Source: a virus. From it: a stretch of DNA of 64,000 bases. Shown here piece by piece: positions 1 through 11,247 of this stretch. The stretch is taken from IMG/VR virus record IMGVR_UViG_3300045988_179014, positions 32,001-96,000 of that record. One strand, 5' to 3'. The notes beneath the pieces were generated by a model. The model was not told where the DNA came from. It saw nothing but the letters and a program-made list of their open reading frames with translations, and searched no databases. The first letter of the stretch is position 1, and every line of letters begins with the position of its first letter. The translations under genes were made by a program, and so were the position numbers.

Positions 1-64
1 TGATGCTTCTTTTGGGATATCTTCTGCTGTTGAGAATACCTACGATGATGTCAATGATGGGGAT

Positions 65-1357
65 GTGGGCGTTGATGGTTTTGGGGTTTTGTTGGGTGGT
101 TTGTTGAGTGATGACGAAACTGATGAGAGTGTTTCGGTTGTTGTTGATGGTGCTGGGCGGGAGCGTGTTGGTGAGGGTGCTCCGGGGGTTGGGGTGCACC
201 GGAATGAGTCTGTTGGCGGACGTGAGAAGACTGAGGTTGTTCGTGGTGCGGTGAGGATGAATGTGCGGGAGTTGGGGTTTTTCCGTAATTTGTCTTCAAC
301 CAAGAGTGGTGTTTTGAATGATGAGTCGTTGGTTCGTGCGTTACGTGGACCGGTTTCGGGTAAGGAATCTGCTGGGGAACGTCGTGAGCGTTTGCGTTTG
401 CACGGTCAAGGGTTGCGGGGTCGGCGAGTGTTTGAGCGGGGGTCTCGGTTGAGGTTCAGTGGACGTGACCGTGAGGTGTTGCGGTTTCTGGCAATGTTCC
501 GGTATGCAACGGATTCTCAGTTGTCTCGTATGTTCTCTGTTGTTCCTCGTACCATGCTGAACCGTTTACTGAAGCTGCGGAAACAGGGTTTGGTTATTGA
601 CCGTAAAATGTATGGTGCTCGTCCTATTTGGTTTTTGACTGAGGCTGGGTTGTTGTTGTCTGGTTTGGATTTGCCTCGGGTGACTGAATCCAAGTTGACT
701 TTTTCCATGTTTCCACATCAGTTCACTGTTAATCATGTGGCTGCTAATTTGTGGGGGGCGAATGTGAACGTGTTGGGGTTGAAGGATTTTCCGGCAAAGA
801 ATCGGGTTGATGGTCAGGGTGTTGTAACGTTTGGCGAGGAGCTTGTTTCAGAGTTGGAGATTCAGTCTTCATTCGGAAAGATTAAAATGTTCGACAAAGC
901 TGAGGTGTATCGCCCTGGTTTGTTGAAGTCTATTGCGAATGAGTTTCAGGTGTGGGAGGAGTCTGGTGGGGTTTCGTTTGGGCCTTCTCCGGAAATGGTT
1001 TTGGGTAATGAGTACATGTGGGCTTTGATGCCTCCTACTATTGTCGGGTTGGCATATCATGTGCCGGATTTGGTTGTGAAACGTGAACGTGCTGCTGATG
1101 GGTCGCCTCGTAGTATTGCTGTTGAAGTGGAAATCAACAACAAACCTACACACAATTATGAGAAAACTTTGCGTGCTTATCGTGATGATATGAGATTGTA
1201 TGAGAAGGTTGTGTGGGTGTGTAAAAACATTGGTCCTGCTCGGAAACTTGAAAACATTGCCAAGGAGATTGGTTTGTGGCAGGAGGGGCGGATTGAGATT
1301 TTGCCTATTGTTACTGCGGATGGTGTTTTCAAGGAGAGGGATTTGTGGACAATTTGA
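65..1357 (+). CDS. Replication-relaxation family-like winged-helix protein. The reading frame is open to the window start, so the true 5' end may lie upstream.
   Basis: The segment GRDREVLRFLAMFRYATDSQLSRMF...RTMLNRLLKLRKQGLVIDR resembles the winged-helix core of plasmid replication-relaxation proteins. The N-terminus is low-complexity and G/V rich. The frame has no stop back to position 2. Confidence 0.4.
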   Translation: MGVDGFGVLLGGLLSDDETDESVSVVVDGAGRERVGEGAPGVGVHRNESVGGREKTEVVRGAVRMNVRELGFFRNLSSTKSGVLNDESLVRALRGPVSGKESAGERRERLRLHGQGLRGRRVFERGSRLRFSGRDREVLRFLAMFRYATDSQLSRMFSVVPRTMLNRLLKLRKQGLVIDRKMYGARPIWFLTEAGLLLSGLDLPRVTESKLTFSMFPHQFTVNHVAANLWGANVNVLGLKDFPAKNRVDGQGVVTFGEELVSELEIQSSFGKIKMFDKAEVYRPGLLKSIANEFQVWEESGGVSFGPSPEMVLGNEYMWALMPPTIVGLAYHVPDLVVKRERAADGSPRSIAVEVEINNKPTHNYEKTLRAYRDDMRLYEKVVWVCKNIGPARKLENIAKEIGLWQEGRIEILPIVTADGVFKERDLWTI

Positions 1358-3072
1358 GCAAGTTTTCAAAGAGTTGGAGGATGTTGTCCATGTTGGGTTC
1401 TGATGTGAGTAATCCTTTGTTGGATGATGAGGATGAAGTTTATCCAGTTGTTGAAAATCCTGTTGTTGAGCGGTCTGGAATGTCACAGCGGGGTTCATCA
1501 ACTCGTGGTGGGGAATCCATTGTTGAGGAGCATTTACCAAAAGAGGATTCGTTTTTTGGTTATGGGGCTTTTTCTGGTTCGGGTGTTTCCTCTGCTGTAA
1601 TTGATGCGAATGATAACACGTTTGATGATGTGGCACGTTTTGAACAGGATTTTCCGGATGGCCATGGGAACTGGGTGGAATCTGTTCATAGGATGGATAA
1701 ATCTTTTGATGATGTGTCTGATACTGTTGTAGCGGGATTTGATTCTTCTTCTACTGACGATTTCGTTGACAGTGTTGGTGTTTCTGATGGGTTGTCAAGC
1801 GATGATGCTGAACCATTGTCTTTTGGTGGGGATTCGTTGGAGGATTTGTTGGGTCCGGTTGATGGGTCTGATGATGTTGCTGCGTCGGAGGATTTGTATG
1901 ACAGTATGGATTCCATTTTAGCGGCTGCTGATGGGGCTTTGAATGAGGATGATTCCAGTTATTATGCTGTGACTGATGATGACGATGAGTTGGGTGGCTT
2001 GTCATTGGATGCAATTATTGGTCAGGCGATTGAGATGGAGGCGTCGGATATTCATCTTTCATCGGACGACATGGTTGCGTTCACTATTCTGGGGGAGATT
2101 CATCGGATACCGGATTGGGGGGTTTTGAATTCGGTTCAGGTTCAGCGAATTTATACGTCTATTGCATCGCACGTTTCTCAGGACGATTTTGCGAAAGATT
2201 TGGAGTTGGATACGTCATATGTTGTGAAGACTGGTAGGCATCGTGGGCGTCGTTTGCGTTTGTCGGTTGGTAGGTCTTTTCACAATGTTTTCATGGTTTT
2301 TCGTGTGATTGCTGATGTGATTCCGACGCCTCAGGAGTTGGGTGTTTCTGGGAGTTTGTTGGAGTGGTGTAATTTGCCTAATGGTTTGGTGATGATGAAT
2401 GGTCCGACTGGTACGGGTAAATCAACTACTTTGGCTTCGTTGTTGCGGCAGATTCAGTTGACTCGTCCTGCGAAGATTATCACGATTGAGAAACCTATTG
2501 AGTTTGTGTATGGCACTGATGGTAAGGCGTTGGTGACTCAGCGTGAGGTTGGTGGTCGTGATACTCGAACTTTTGCTGGGGCTTTGACTTCTGCGATGCG
2601 TCAGGCTCCGGATATCATCATGTTGGGTGAGGTTCGAAATCAGGTTGAGGTGAATGAGCTGTTGCGTGCTGCTGAGACTGGGCATTTGGCGATTTCCACG
2701 ATGCACACAAATTCGGCTCCTGCTACTGTGAACCGTATCAAGGGTTTGTATCAGGGGGATGACCAGATTCGTATTTTGGGGTCTTTGTCTGAGGTGGTTC
2801 GTGGTTTTGCGAATCAGGTTTTGTTGAAGACTCCTGATGGTAGTGGCAGGTTTGCGGTGCGCGAGGTCTTGGACGTTGATGAAACTGTGTCGCGTATGAT
2901 TCTGCGTGGGGATGTCGAGGGTATCAAAAACTATCAAATGTCCAATGGTATCACGATGGAACATGAGTTGGTGAAAGTTGTGTTGGATGGTCGTGCGAAT
3001 CGTGAGGAAGCCCGTAGAGCAACTTCGAATGTGGCTCGTTTTGACCATTTGTTGAAACAAGCTATGCAGTGA
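1345..3072 (+). CDS. PilT/PilU-like type IV pilus retraction ATPase with a long acidic Ser/Asp-rich N-terminal extension.
   Basis: Walker A GPTGTGKSTT, Asp-box APDIIMLGEVRN and His-box AISTMHTNSA match PilT/GspE family signatures. It overlaps the upstream gene by 13 nt. Confidence 0.75.
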   Translation: MDNLSKFSKSWRMLSMLGSDVSNPLLDDEDEVYPVVENPVVERSGMSQRGSSTRGGESIVEEHLPKEDSFFGYGAFSGSGVSSAVIDANDNTFDDVARFEQDFPDGHGNWVESVHRMDKSFDDVSDTVVAGFDSSSTDDFVDSVGVSDGLSSDDAEPLSFGGDSLEDLLGPVDGSDDVAASEDLYDSMDSILAAADGALNEDDSSYYAVTDDDDELGGLSLDAIIGQAIEMEASDIHLSSDDMVAFTILGEIHRIPDWGVLNSVQVQRIYTSIASHVSQDDFAKDLELDTSYVVKTGRHRGRRLRLSVGRSFHNVFMVFRVIADVIPTPQELGVSGSLLEWCNLPNGLVMMNGPTGTGKSTTLASLLRQIQLTRPAKIITIEKPIEFVYGTDGKALVTQREVGGRDTRTFAGALTSAMRQAPDIIMLGEVRNQVEVNELLRAAETGHLAISTMHTNSAPATVNRIKGLYQGDDQIRILGSLSEVVRGFANQVLLKTPDGSGRFAVREVLDVDETVSRMILRGDVEGIKNYQMSNGITMEHELVKVVLDGRANREEARRATSNVARFDHLLKQAMQ

Positions 3073-4039
3073 TTCCATGTGTATAGCAATGTTGGCAATG
3101 ATGACTGTATGTTGACTTTGAGTACTGTTTGCAAATAATACGGCTTGGGTTAGTAATGCTTTAGGCGCAATAATTCTGGTGGATGAATGTCAACATTTTT
3201 CAACGAATGTTTCAATGTGGTTATGTTAATGGTTGTGGACAGATAGACATAATGGCTCTTCGTGAATTGAACAATTTTAAGTCATGTGCGGGTTGTCATA
3301 TTTTAAAACATGAAAATGGTTCCCAGCTTCAACCACGGAACCACGGAAACATGAACCAACAAACGTCACACTGCTCATCAATGAAAACATATTCCCAAAC
3401 AACAATCTGTTTATTGCATGTTCTTCTACTATGTGTTGTAACAATGTTTACACTAAACCCCACAATAATCACAAAACATGGATTGATACCTTATGTAGTT
3501 GGCCGGAGGGTCCCAGTTGTCAGTCAATAATAGACGTGATGGCTATATTCAGAGTGATTACAATTTAGCTCAGTTCTCATCTACACCGTTTTGAAGAATA
3601 GCTGTAAGTTTATATAATTCCAGTATGAAAGCGGCCAAACTGTAACAGCTCTACGGTCATTGTTGTATAACTCGTTTTTGGAGCACATCTGGACATCAAT
3701 GTTTCCTGTTGTTTTCAACTTTGTTTCAATCATGTGGATTCAGTTACGAGAATATGGTTCGGTGTTTTCATGTAGTCACTAATTCGTGCTTCTGTTTTTC
3801 ATTGTGTGTTGCGTATCGTATAAGGTTTATTACTATGGTTGTCTTCTGTTTTGTTGTAAGCAGGTTGTATGAAAATGTTGGGAGAATCGTTTGTGCAGGA
3901 CAGATTGGTTGCGAATTGACAATATTGGGGTTTTGCTTGTTTGGTTGATGGTGCTGGTATTGCGAAGTTCAGTTCATGGGTCTTGTTGAGTATGTTTGTG
4001 AGAAGAATTGGGACTTGTGGTTTTGTTGCGCTTCTTTGA

Positions 4040-4180
4040 TGGGTTGTTGAATTCTAGTTGTTGAATTCTAGTTGTTGATTTTTGGCGTTCTGATTTTATG
4101 GTTCTGTTGACAAGTATGTTGGTGGATATGTATGGAATTCAGGTTGGTGGTATGGTTTATCAGGTTCTATGTATCCAAAT
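4040..4180. repeat. Cluster of short direct repeats (iteron-like) inside the AT-rich ORF-poor region.
   Basis: Tandem ttgttgaattctag x2 at about 4040-4075. Repeated gttggtgg(a/t)atg motifs at about 4119 and 4142. A poly-C run lies at 4234-4241. Confidence 0.4.
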
Positions 4181-4374
4181 ATGATTGATTGCCTCAAACG
4201 GGCGATGAGACTGGTTTGTAGTAATGCAGTTCCTCCCCCCCCCTGTCACAGAAGCAGACATCTATATCCTATACAGTGGCGGGTTGACCTTTCATGGGTT
4301 TGTTCCTCTAGCACATAAGTCCGGATTCAACGAATACAGCTGGAATCAGGGCTTGTATGTGTTTTGGCTCAGAA

Positions 4375-4620
4375 TTATGTGGAGGAGGAAGACGGTAAGG
4401 TGTCAATTAAGTAGCCCAGAGAACTCAATGTGTCCATCAAGTGCGCGAGGATTTCTTTGAATCTGCTTTTGGTGGCTTCAACATTGGAAGCAGTGACTTC
4501 AATTCCAAAATCTCTCATGAAGTTGACCAAATACTCATCTTCATAATCGGATTGTCGTAGCATCCACCATACTGCTTCTCGTGATGCTTTATCAATCATT
4601 CTTGCTTGCTCTTCTGTCAT
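4375..4620 (-). CDS. Small hypothetical protein (81 aa), the only plausible ORF in the 3.3 kb AT-rich region.
   Basis: ORF with a purine-rich stretch (agagaaag) just upstream of the ATG. No recognisable motif. Confidence 0.2.
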   Translation of the reverse strand: MTEEQARMIDKASREAVWWMLRQSDYEDEYLVNFMRDFGIEVTASNVEATKSRFKEILAHLMDTLSSLGYLIDTLPSSSST

Positions 4621-6358
4621 GTTCTTTCTCTATATTGTTGGTTTGCTTGGTGTTAAATTCAGTATACAGCATGGTCTGTTTGGGGCTGTTCATATGGTTG
4701 GGAACTGATGGTTGAGAATGTAGTCTGTGTGACAAGGAGTTTTGAAAACAAATGTTGACATAATCAATTGAATCAGTCACCGGTCATCATGTATCAAACA
4801 GTTTAGTTCGGGTTCGTATTGGTCAGCTGAAGGAAGTAACATGTATCCAAATTGTCGTTCAACAGATGAATGAAGCAACAGGTGGTTTTACAGAACCAAT
4901 AACTTTTGAACATCACGAAAGGTCAATACAACGATTTATTGCAACCATGTCTAAATGTTTTCACTATAGACAGATGTTAATGGTTTCGCTTTGTCAATTC
5001 ATTATAGTTGGGTAGCGTGATTTTGGCAGAACGTATTACTGGCGTTTTAACCATCAGTAGGGCAATGATTGTTGACTTTTGGGGATACATGATTTTGCAT
5101 CATTCTTCCATACAATAGAGTTTGTTGTGTTAATTGGTATGAAGTCTCTAACATTGTGGGGCCCTATTTAAAGGAAACAATGGTGTTTTGTTCTATAAAC
5201 ACGGTTAGCTCTGTTATCCAACATGATGAAAATATGAAAACACTCTTCGGGTCATAGATGCTAGTAACACAAGGTTCAATGTTTCTGTCATCTGCAACAA
5301 CCAGTTCACGCTTCATCCATTGTATTCAATTTAATCAAACTCAATCAGTGAAGCACTTGTTTCATGATGTAATCATGTTTGAATATACAAAGAAGCATAA
5401 TCGTGAAGGGATGGCGTTCTTCCCCCATTTGCAAAAATAATGTACGCTATGAGACGGTCGATTCCGAAGAATACAACAGTAACATTGTTCATGATGCAAC
5501 ATTGAACCATGTGAAAGTAGCGTCTTCAGATGATGTATTTCGTTCAGGGTGAATTCATATCAAGGATTGGGGTTTCAATCTTCTCAAATAGTAATGCTGT
5601 CTGGTTAGCTTAATATGACCAGCCCATAATGTTTTCGTCAGTGTTCACTCTTGCGTTAACAGATTCTTGACAAGTTGAATACATTCGGTACTGGTTGTTT
5701 TTCCTCTTGGTTCTTGATTGTTCACTGTTCATTGACTTTGTTTGGAGCGATTGGGGCTGAAACCGTGTATGCTCAAGATAAGGTTTTTGGTGTTCATGTG
5801 TTTGAGATTCTGTTGTGCTTTTGAGTTGTTAAGGTTTGAAGATGTCATCGGATTACATTGCTTATACTGGTTGATAGATTGTTTGCAATGTTTTCTGTGT
5901 TGGTTTGTATTGTTGTGTTATTGGGCTATGTTGGTCGTATCAGTGATTATCTGCATAGGATGTCATGATTGAATGAGCATGGGGTGTTGTGGGAATACAT
6001 GATTGTGTTCTTTTGGAAGTAAGCGATTATGACTACTATGAGCTGTTTTCCCTGATTGCTTTTGGAGTCTGGAATCGCTTCCTGTAACGTCCCTAAAAAA
6101 CCTTGGTGGCATCAAGCATAAATAGGTACATAATGCCGTAATTGATTAAAATTTGTTTCAAAATGCTTACTGTGAACAAGGACATTGCAAATTGAGCTGA
6201 AAAGGCTTCTTGTTACGTTTGTTCATGTTGTTTGGTGTTTACAGATTATGTTTACAAATTTGCGGGTTGATAGATTTTTGTTGACATTGTTTTGATTCTA
6301 CAATGTGTATGAGCAATGATTAACCAATTTTCCCAGTGATGTTTCGTATGGAATAGAA

Positions 6359-6395
6359 TAATCCCCACCTCAATTTGGCATCTTGGGTGGGGATT
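6359..6395 (-). terminator. Putative rho-independent terminator downstream of ligA.
   Basis: 10-bp inverted repeat aatccccacc / ggtggggatt, followed on the minus strand by an A/T-rich tract, immediately 3' of the ligase stop. Confidence 0.4.
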
Positions 6396-6417
6396 GTATT
6401 ACTGTGGGGTCTTGAAC

Positions 6418-8535
6418 CTATTGTGTATATTGGGTTGTGAATTCTCTGGGGCTGATGAAACTGATTCCTAGGTCGTGTGCTTTTTGAATCTTGCTTGATG
6501 TTCCATTTGGGTTGGCTATCATGTGTGTGGTGTTGGCTTTTGGTGTTGAGTGGAATGCTCCTCCATGGGATTCAATATATGCGATTAGACTGTTTCGATT
6601 GGAGAACGGTTCTGGCACTGGTCCACTGATGGAGAATGCCAATCCATTGAGGTCTATTTTTGACATATTGGTGTTGTGGTTGGTGTCTGTATCAGTTGTT
6701 TCAATAGTTGTTTCAGTTTGTCCGAAAGTGACTCCGCCTGCTGCCATTGCTTCCAAAACGGGTTGACGGTCTTTGAGTCCTTGATGAATTGAGTGTGCTT
6801 TTACAGTTCCAAGACCGGGGATGTTTTCCAATTCTTCAATGTTGGCTTGTTGCAATGCTTCCAAAGTGGGATAACGATTGACCAGTATTCTTGCGGTTCG
6901 GTTTCCTAGTGTTGGAATGGCAAGTGCAGGAAGAATTCGTGTCAGTGGGAGATGGCGGGATTGTTCAATATGTTTCATGATGTGAGCAGCAGTTTTTCGT
7001 CCCAGTTTACGAATATTTCCAGTTGATGTTGTTCCTATTTCAGCATTGGCCAAATCGTCTTCAGTGAGATAATACAGGTCAGCTATACTGTTTATTTTGC
7101 CTGTTTCGTGTAAATACGCCAGTGTTGCTTCTGAGAGTCGGTCAATGTCCAAAACGGTTCTTCCTACAGCCGCTTTGAGAGCAGAAAAATCACGACTGGC
7201 ACATGCATTGTTGGGGCATAGCAATGTTTTGGGTGGCCATATGTTTCCAGGGTGTTCCAATTGTTTGTTACATACTGGACATATGATAGGTGTTTCAACT
7301 GGTTCGCTGTTTAGGGATTGGTTGATTACTGCAACAATTTGTGGAATGATTTCGTTGGCTTTTTCTACTATTACTGTACTTCCTACACGAATGTCTTTTT
7401 GTGCAATGAGGTGAAAGTTGTGAAGTGATGCTTGTGAAACTGTGCTTCCGTCCAACTTGATGGGGTCAAAAGTAGCGACAGGTGTGATTCGTCCAGTTTT
7501 ACCTACTGTAATATTAATACTTCGAACAGTGGTTGTGCCTTGTTCAGCAGGATATTTCCATGCAATCTGGGATACAGGATGATGGGATGTGGAGCCCATA
7601 CGGTTGTGCATTATGCTTTCATGATGAGGTTTCAGCACAATACCGTCAGTTGGAAAACTCAAGGTGTCTCTAATTTCTCCAAATGTGTCAATGGTGTTGT
7701 ATATTTCCTCATTTGTTTGTAAATTAGTGAATTGTATGGCGGGGGCTTCTTTGGTGGTTAACTGATTCACTGTGATGAAGTTGGTGTCTTCAGCCAGTAT
7801 GTCCACACCTGCTAGTGAACCATTGACAACAGTAGAATAGGCGGCAAAAGTTAGATGTATTTCATGAGGGAGCCCATATCCGGCTTTTTTGATTATTCCA
7901 CTGGCTGCATTACGAGAGTTCTCAAATGGCGCGTTACCAGTATTGATACGTGCTGTGTTCGCTTTATGAAATTGTTCTTGAGTGAAGAAAATTTCGCCGC
8001 GTACTTCAAATTTCTGTTTGATACTGGTCGTGTGTGGGAGTCCAGCAATATACAGTTTTTCTGTATTCAACAAGTAGCTGATGTTTTCTCCTGTTGTTCC
8101 ATCACCTCGGGTTGCCAACAAAACTATATGACCATTGTTGTAGTGGGCACTGAGCGCGATGCCGTCAATTTTTGCTTGAAGGTGAAATGTGGTTTCTCCG
8201 GCTTCACGGATACGACGAATTCTTGCATCCAGTTCGGTTCGAGTTTTGGCTTTGGCGAGGGATAGCATTGGAACATGATGAGTTACTGGTTCAGTATTCG
8301 GTCGGGTTGGTACGGCTCCTAAAAGCGGCTCCCCTTCCAATATTCTGGCTCCAATGGTTCCTGGTTCGAACAGGTCTGGAAACTGGTTCACGAAAGTCAT
8401 CAGATAGGTTTGTTTTGCATCAAATTCTGCATCAGTGAGTGGAGAATTCGTTCCTTCCAAATAGTACTGCTGTGATGCGTCTTGAAGTTCTTGGATAAGG
8501 CTTTGAACGGCTTCTCTGGTCATTGTTGTTCTCAT
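6418..8535 (-). CDS. ligA: NAD-dependent DNA ligase.
   Basis: Adenylation motif KIDG (AKIDGIALS), Cys4 zinc finger CPVCN...CPNNAC, HhH region and C-terminal BRCT-like end. Typical LigA N-terminus MRTT...QQYYLEGT. Confidence 0.9.
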   Translation of the reverse strand: MRTTMTREAVQSLIQELQDASQQYYLEGTNSPLTDAEFDAKQTYLMTFVNQFPDLFEPGTIGARILEGEPLLGAVPTRPNTEPVTHHVPMLSLAKAKTRTELDARIRRIREAGETTFHLQAKIDGIALSAHYNNGHIVLLATRGDGTTGENISYLLNTEKLYIAGLPHTTSIKQKFEVRGEIFFTQEQFHKANTARINTGNAPFENSRNAASGIIKKAGYGLPHEIHLTFAAYSTVVNGSLAGVDILAEDTNFITVNQLTTKEAPAIQFTNLQTNEEIYNTIDTFGEIRDTLSFPTDGIVLKPHHESIMHNRMGSTSHHPVSQIAWKYPAEQGTTTVRSINITVGKTGRITPVATFDPIKLDGSTVSQASLHNFHLIAQKDIRVGSTVIVEKANEIIPQIVAVINQSLNSEPVETPIICPVCNKQLEHPGNIWPPKTLLCPNNACASRDFSALKAAVGRTVLDIDRLSEATLAYLHETGKINSIADLYYLTEDDLANAEIGTTSTGNIRKLGRKTAAHIMKHIEQSRHLPLTRILPALAIPTLGNRTARILVNRYPTLEALQQANIEELENIPGLGTVKAHSIHQGLKDRQPVLEAMAAGGVTFGQTETTIETTDTDTNHNTNMSKIDLNGLAFSISGPVPEPFSNRNSLIAYIESHGGAFHSTPKANTTHMIANPNGTSSKIQKAHDLGISFISPREFTTQYTQ

Positions 8536-8800
8536 GGTGTAAAAAGGTGTTCCTAGGTGCTGTAAATGCGTCCAAGCGGCTTTATAAGGCCATTGAGGAC
8601 AAGTTTAGAAGAATATGGTGCAGCGAATAGGTTAATGTTTGATGTATGTTTTTGGTTTTGAATGGTTTAATTGCAATGATTGTGTCATTCTTGCTGTATT
8701 GTATCTGTTTGATGATGAATATAAATGTGGACATAGCAAAGTGGCACACAACCCCCTACCACTGAGGTGTGTGCCACTTTGGGGCTCCCGGAAAGGGAAG

Positions 8801-10201
8801 TCAGTTGATGTTTTCGCTGAGACGGTATCTTTTACCAATGACGGCACGAGCCAATCGTCTGACGGCATCACGAAGGTCTGGATGTTTCAGCACTGTTTCC
8901 ATGGATTGAAGATTAGCAGCATGGGCCAACAGTTTTGCATTATTGGGGATAACGGTCACTACGGGGAGACCTAGTGCGGAACGAGCAATCCGGTCTCCAC
9001 TCATGTTGATGTTGTCCATCGCTTTGTTGACGACAATACCGATTTTCTTCTTGGAGATGCCCATGCCTTGTTCAGCTTTGGATTTGGTTACTTCTTGAAT
9101 CCATCGGGTCATGGAGAAAACAGAATGAACCACGATATCACTGACGAAAATGATTTGGTCAGCTAGTGGGTAAGCAACTTTCTCCAGTAATGGGTCTAGA
9201 TAATTGACTGAGGTGTCCAAAATTACGTAATCATAGTGCCGTTTTAGGAATTGGATTAGTTCAAGATAGAATTCAGCTGGGGTGTCCATGGAAAGGCGTG
9301 GACGTTTCGGAGCCAACAATAGGTCAAGTTTTAGGCGGTCACTGTGAATAACTGTTTCCTGTAGTGTGTCTAAAGCAATACCACTGGAGCGCATGTGTAG
9401 TACGGTTGGTTTTAAATGACCCGTCAGGAATCCAATTTGACCATCACGCACGTCGAGGTCAAGAATAACAATCTTCAGGGGTCGTTCTTCCAATCCTTCA
9501 GCTACAGCGTTACTGGAAGCATGTGCCAAATATGTTCCCAGAGTAAGTGCAACCGTGCTTTTACCTGACCCGCCTTTACTGGAGGTAACTGCAACCACTT
9601 GCCCTAGATAGTTTTCATCAAGTTCATCTTCCCAATCGTATTTTGGAGGTTGCTGTGCATGAACGGGCTCCATGGAAGTTGGAGTAGTTGTTTGAACATC
9701 ATTGACTAGTTCAGGGTCTTGTCCACTTAGGATTGCCACTACTTCAGTGTTGTCGCTGTTGTAAAGGTAATTGTCAATTGCTCTGTCTAAGCTGGAGTTT
9801 GGTTTTTGGGGGTCAATAAAGTACAGTTCTCGGATGTCTCCTTGACCTATTGTTGCTGATTCAATTGAAACACGCTGACGAATTTGGTCTTGATATGCTG
9901 GATGGTAGGAGATTATGGCGAAGAAACAGTATGGTGTCATTGCGGCCACTAACTGTTCCAGTGCAAAGTCTTTACCTTCTGGGTCAAAGAAACTGTCCAG
10001 TGTGATGATTATTTGAACATCATCATCAATGGTTTGTGCTGATAGTCCATCCCATAATTCTTGAATGGTGTCAACTATGGCTACAAAGTTCCAGTTTGGT
10101 CGCTTGTTTACAAAGAATTGTCCTATTTGAGCAGGGCCGACAAAAATTGCTTTAGGTGTTGGCATTGGATTACCTTTTCTTTCTGGCAACGAGGAGACCA
10201 T
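8801..10201 (-). CDS. CpaE/TadZ-like pilus assembly protein (ParA/MinD-type ATPase with N-terminal receiver-like domain).
   Basis: Deviant Walker A SSKGGSGKSTVA in the C-terminal half. The N-terminal 150 aa resemble a pseudo-receiver domain, as in CpaE. Confidence 0.7.
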   Translation of the reverse strand: MVSSLPERKGNPMPTPKAIFVGPAQIGQFFVNKRPNWNFVAIVDTIQELWDGLSAQTIDDDVQIIITLDSFFDPEGKDFALEQLVAAMTPYCFFAIISYHPAYQDQIRQRVSIESATIGQGDIRELYFIDPQKPNSSLDRAIDNYLYNSDNTEVVAILSGQDPELVNDVQTTTPTSMEPVHAQQPPKYDWEDELDENYLGQVVAVTSSKGGSGKSTVALTLGTYLAHASSNAVAEGLEERPLKIVILDLDVRDGQIGFLTGHLKPTVLHMRSSGIALDTLQETVIHSDRLKLDLLLAPKRPRLSMDTPAEFYLELIQFLKRHYDYVILDTSVNYLDPLLEKVAYPLADQIIFVSDIVVHSVFSMTRWIQEVTKSKAEQGMGISKKKIGIVVNKAMDNINMSGDRIARSALGLPVVTVIPNNAKLLAHAANLQSMETVLKHPDLRDAVRRLARAVIGKRYRLSENIN

Positions 10202-10214
10202 GATTTAACATTGG

Positions 10215-11156
10215 TCAGCCTTCCTCGTCGTTGGTGGTAGACGAAGAATTGGTGGGGGTTGGAGTTGAAGAGGATTCTGTTGATGGGTTGCAGTCCTCTC
10301 CGTTGACCTTGGCGTTTCCATGTCCACAGTTTTCCACTTGTTCGACAGGGCGTCCAAAATTGTCACGTTTAACATTGGAGAAGGTTTGGTCAGTTACTTC
10401 ACCATTATCGCTCTTACCTGGCCAGATAGGTCCTTGGTTTTGTTCATAAGAAAACATTCCATTGTAAGAGGCAAGTTGTGGTTTGTCGTATTCGTTTTGG
10501 CGCGGGGAAAGAACCAAGCGCACGTTACCATTACCGTATTTCTGCATAATGTTTTGTAGTCGTGCAGCATCACCAGGAGTCATCCCCACAACATATTGAG
10601 TGGTTTGTCCTTTGTGTGCTTCTTCAGAATCGGCAGCTGAAGCAGATGATGCATTGTTTAGGTCAACAGTGGTGTCCAAAGCCAAAACGTTCACAAATGG
10701 GTAAAAAGACCCGTTTTCGGTGGTTACCATCATGTCAAAGTATGTTCCACGTTTGATACGACCACCAACAGCATTGTCAGCTGATACGGAAAAGTTTGTC
10801 ACTACCCATGAATCAGGAATACCAGTGGCGATGTCTTCCATCCCTCCCACGTTTGATTTGGTTAGGATGTCACCAGCCAACAAGGGATATTGAGTATACA
10901 AATTACCTGTTTGAATTTCTGCAAGTCCAATAGCAGCTTTAGGTGCAGTACCTTCTGAAGCTACCACAGGTTCCAACATGTCAGGAGTAACTTGAGTGCG
11001 TGTTGGAACATCTTCTTTGAGAACGTAGTAAGTTTCTGTTTGGAACAGTTTACTTGCCAGAATAGTTACGCCAACAAAGATAGCCAAGGCAACTAGCACA
11101 ATGGCACTGAGAAGTAGGACGTTTTTGTTTGTGCCCTTGGCTTTGATGTTCGCCAT
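10215..11156 (-). CDS. CpaB/RcpC-like Flp pilus assembly protein.
   Basis: N-terminal transmembrane helix (LLLSAIVLVALAIFVGVTILA) followed by a beta-rich SAF-like domain. It sits between the cpaE-like and ATPase genes. The C-terminus is Ser/Thr/Pro rich. Confidence 0.5.
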   Translation of the reverse strand: MANIKAKGTNKNVLLLSAIVLVALAIFVGVTILASKLFQTETYYVLKEDVPTRTQVTPDMLEPVVASEGTAPKAAIGLAEIQTGNLYTQYPLLAGDILTKSNVGGMEDIATGIPDSWVVTNFSVSADNAVGGRIKRGTYFDMMVTTENGSFYPFVNVLALDTTVDLNNASSASAADSEEAHKGQTTQYVVGMTPGDAARLQNIMQKYGNGNVRLVLSPRQNEYDKPQLASYNGMFSYEQNQGPIWPGKSDNGEVTDQTFSNVKRDNFGRPVEQVENCGHGNAKVNGEDCNPSTESSSTPTPTNSSSTTNDEEG

Positions 11157-11247
11157 GTTTAGTCATTTCCTTCCTACAAAACTATTTCTGTAGTAGTTGG
11201 TTATTTCGGTTAGCAATATCGGAAACAGTAGATTAATTCATGTATGT

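Noticed and set aside
40-303. Two minus-strand ORFs (87 and 82 aa) at the left edge.
   Set aside because: Low-complexity P/S/T/H-rich translations that are antisense to the G/V-rich N-terminus of the plus-strand gene. They are shadow ORFs.
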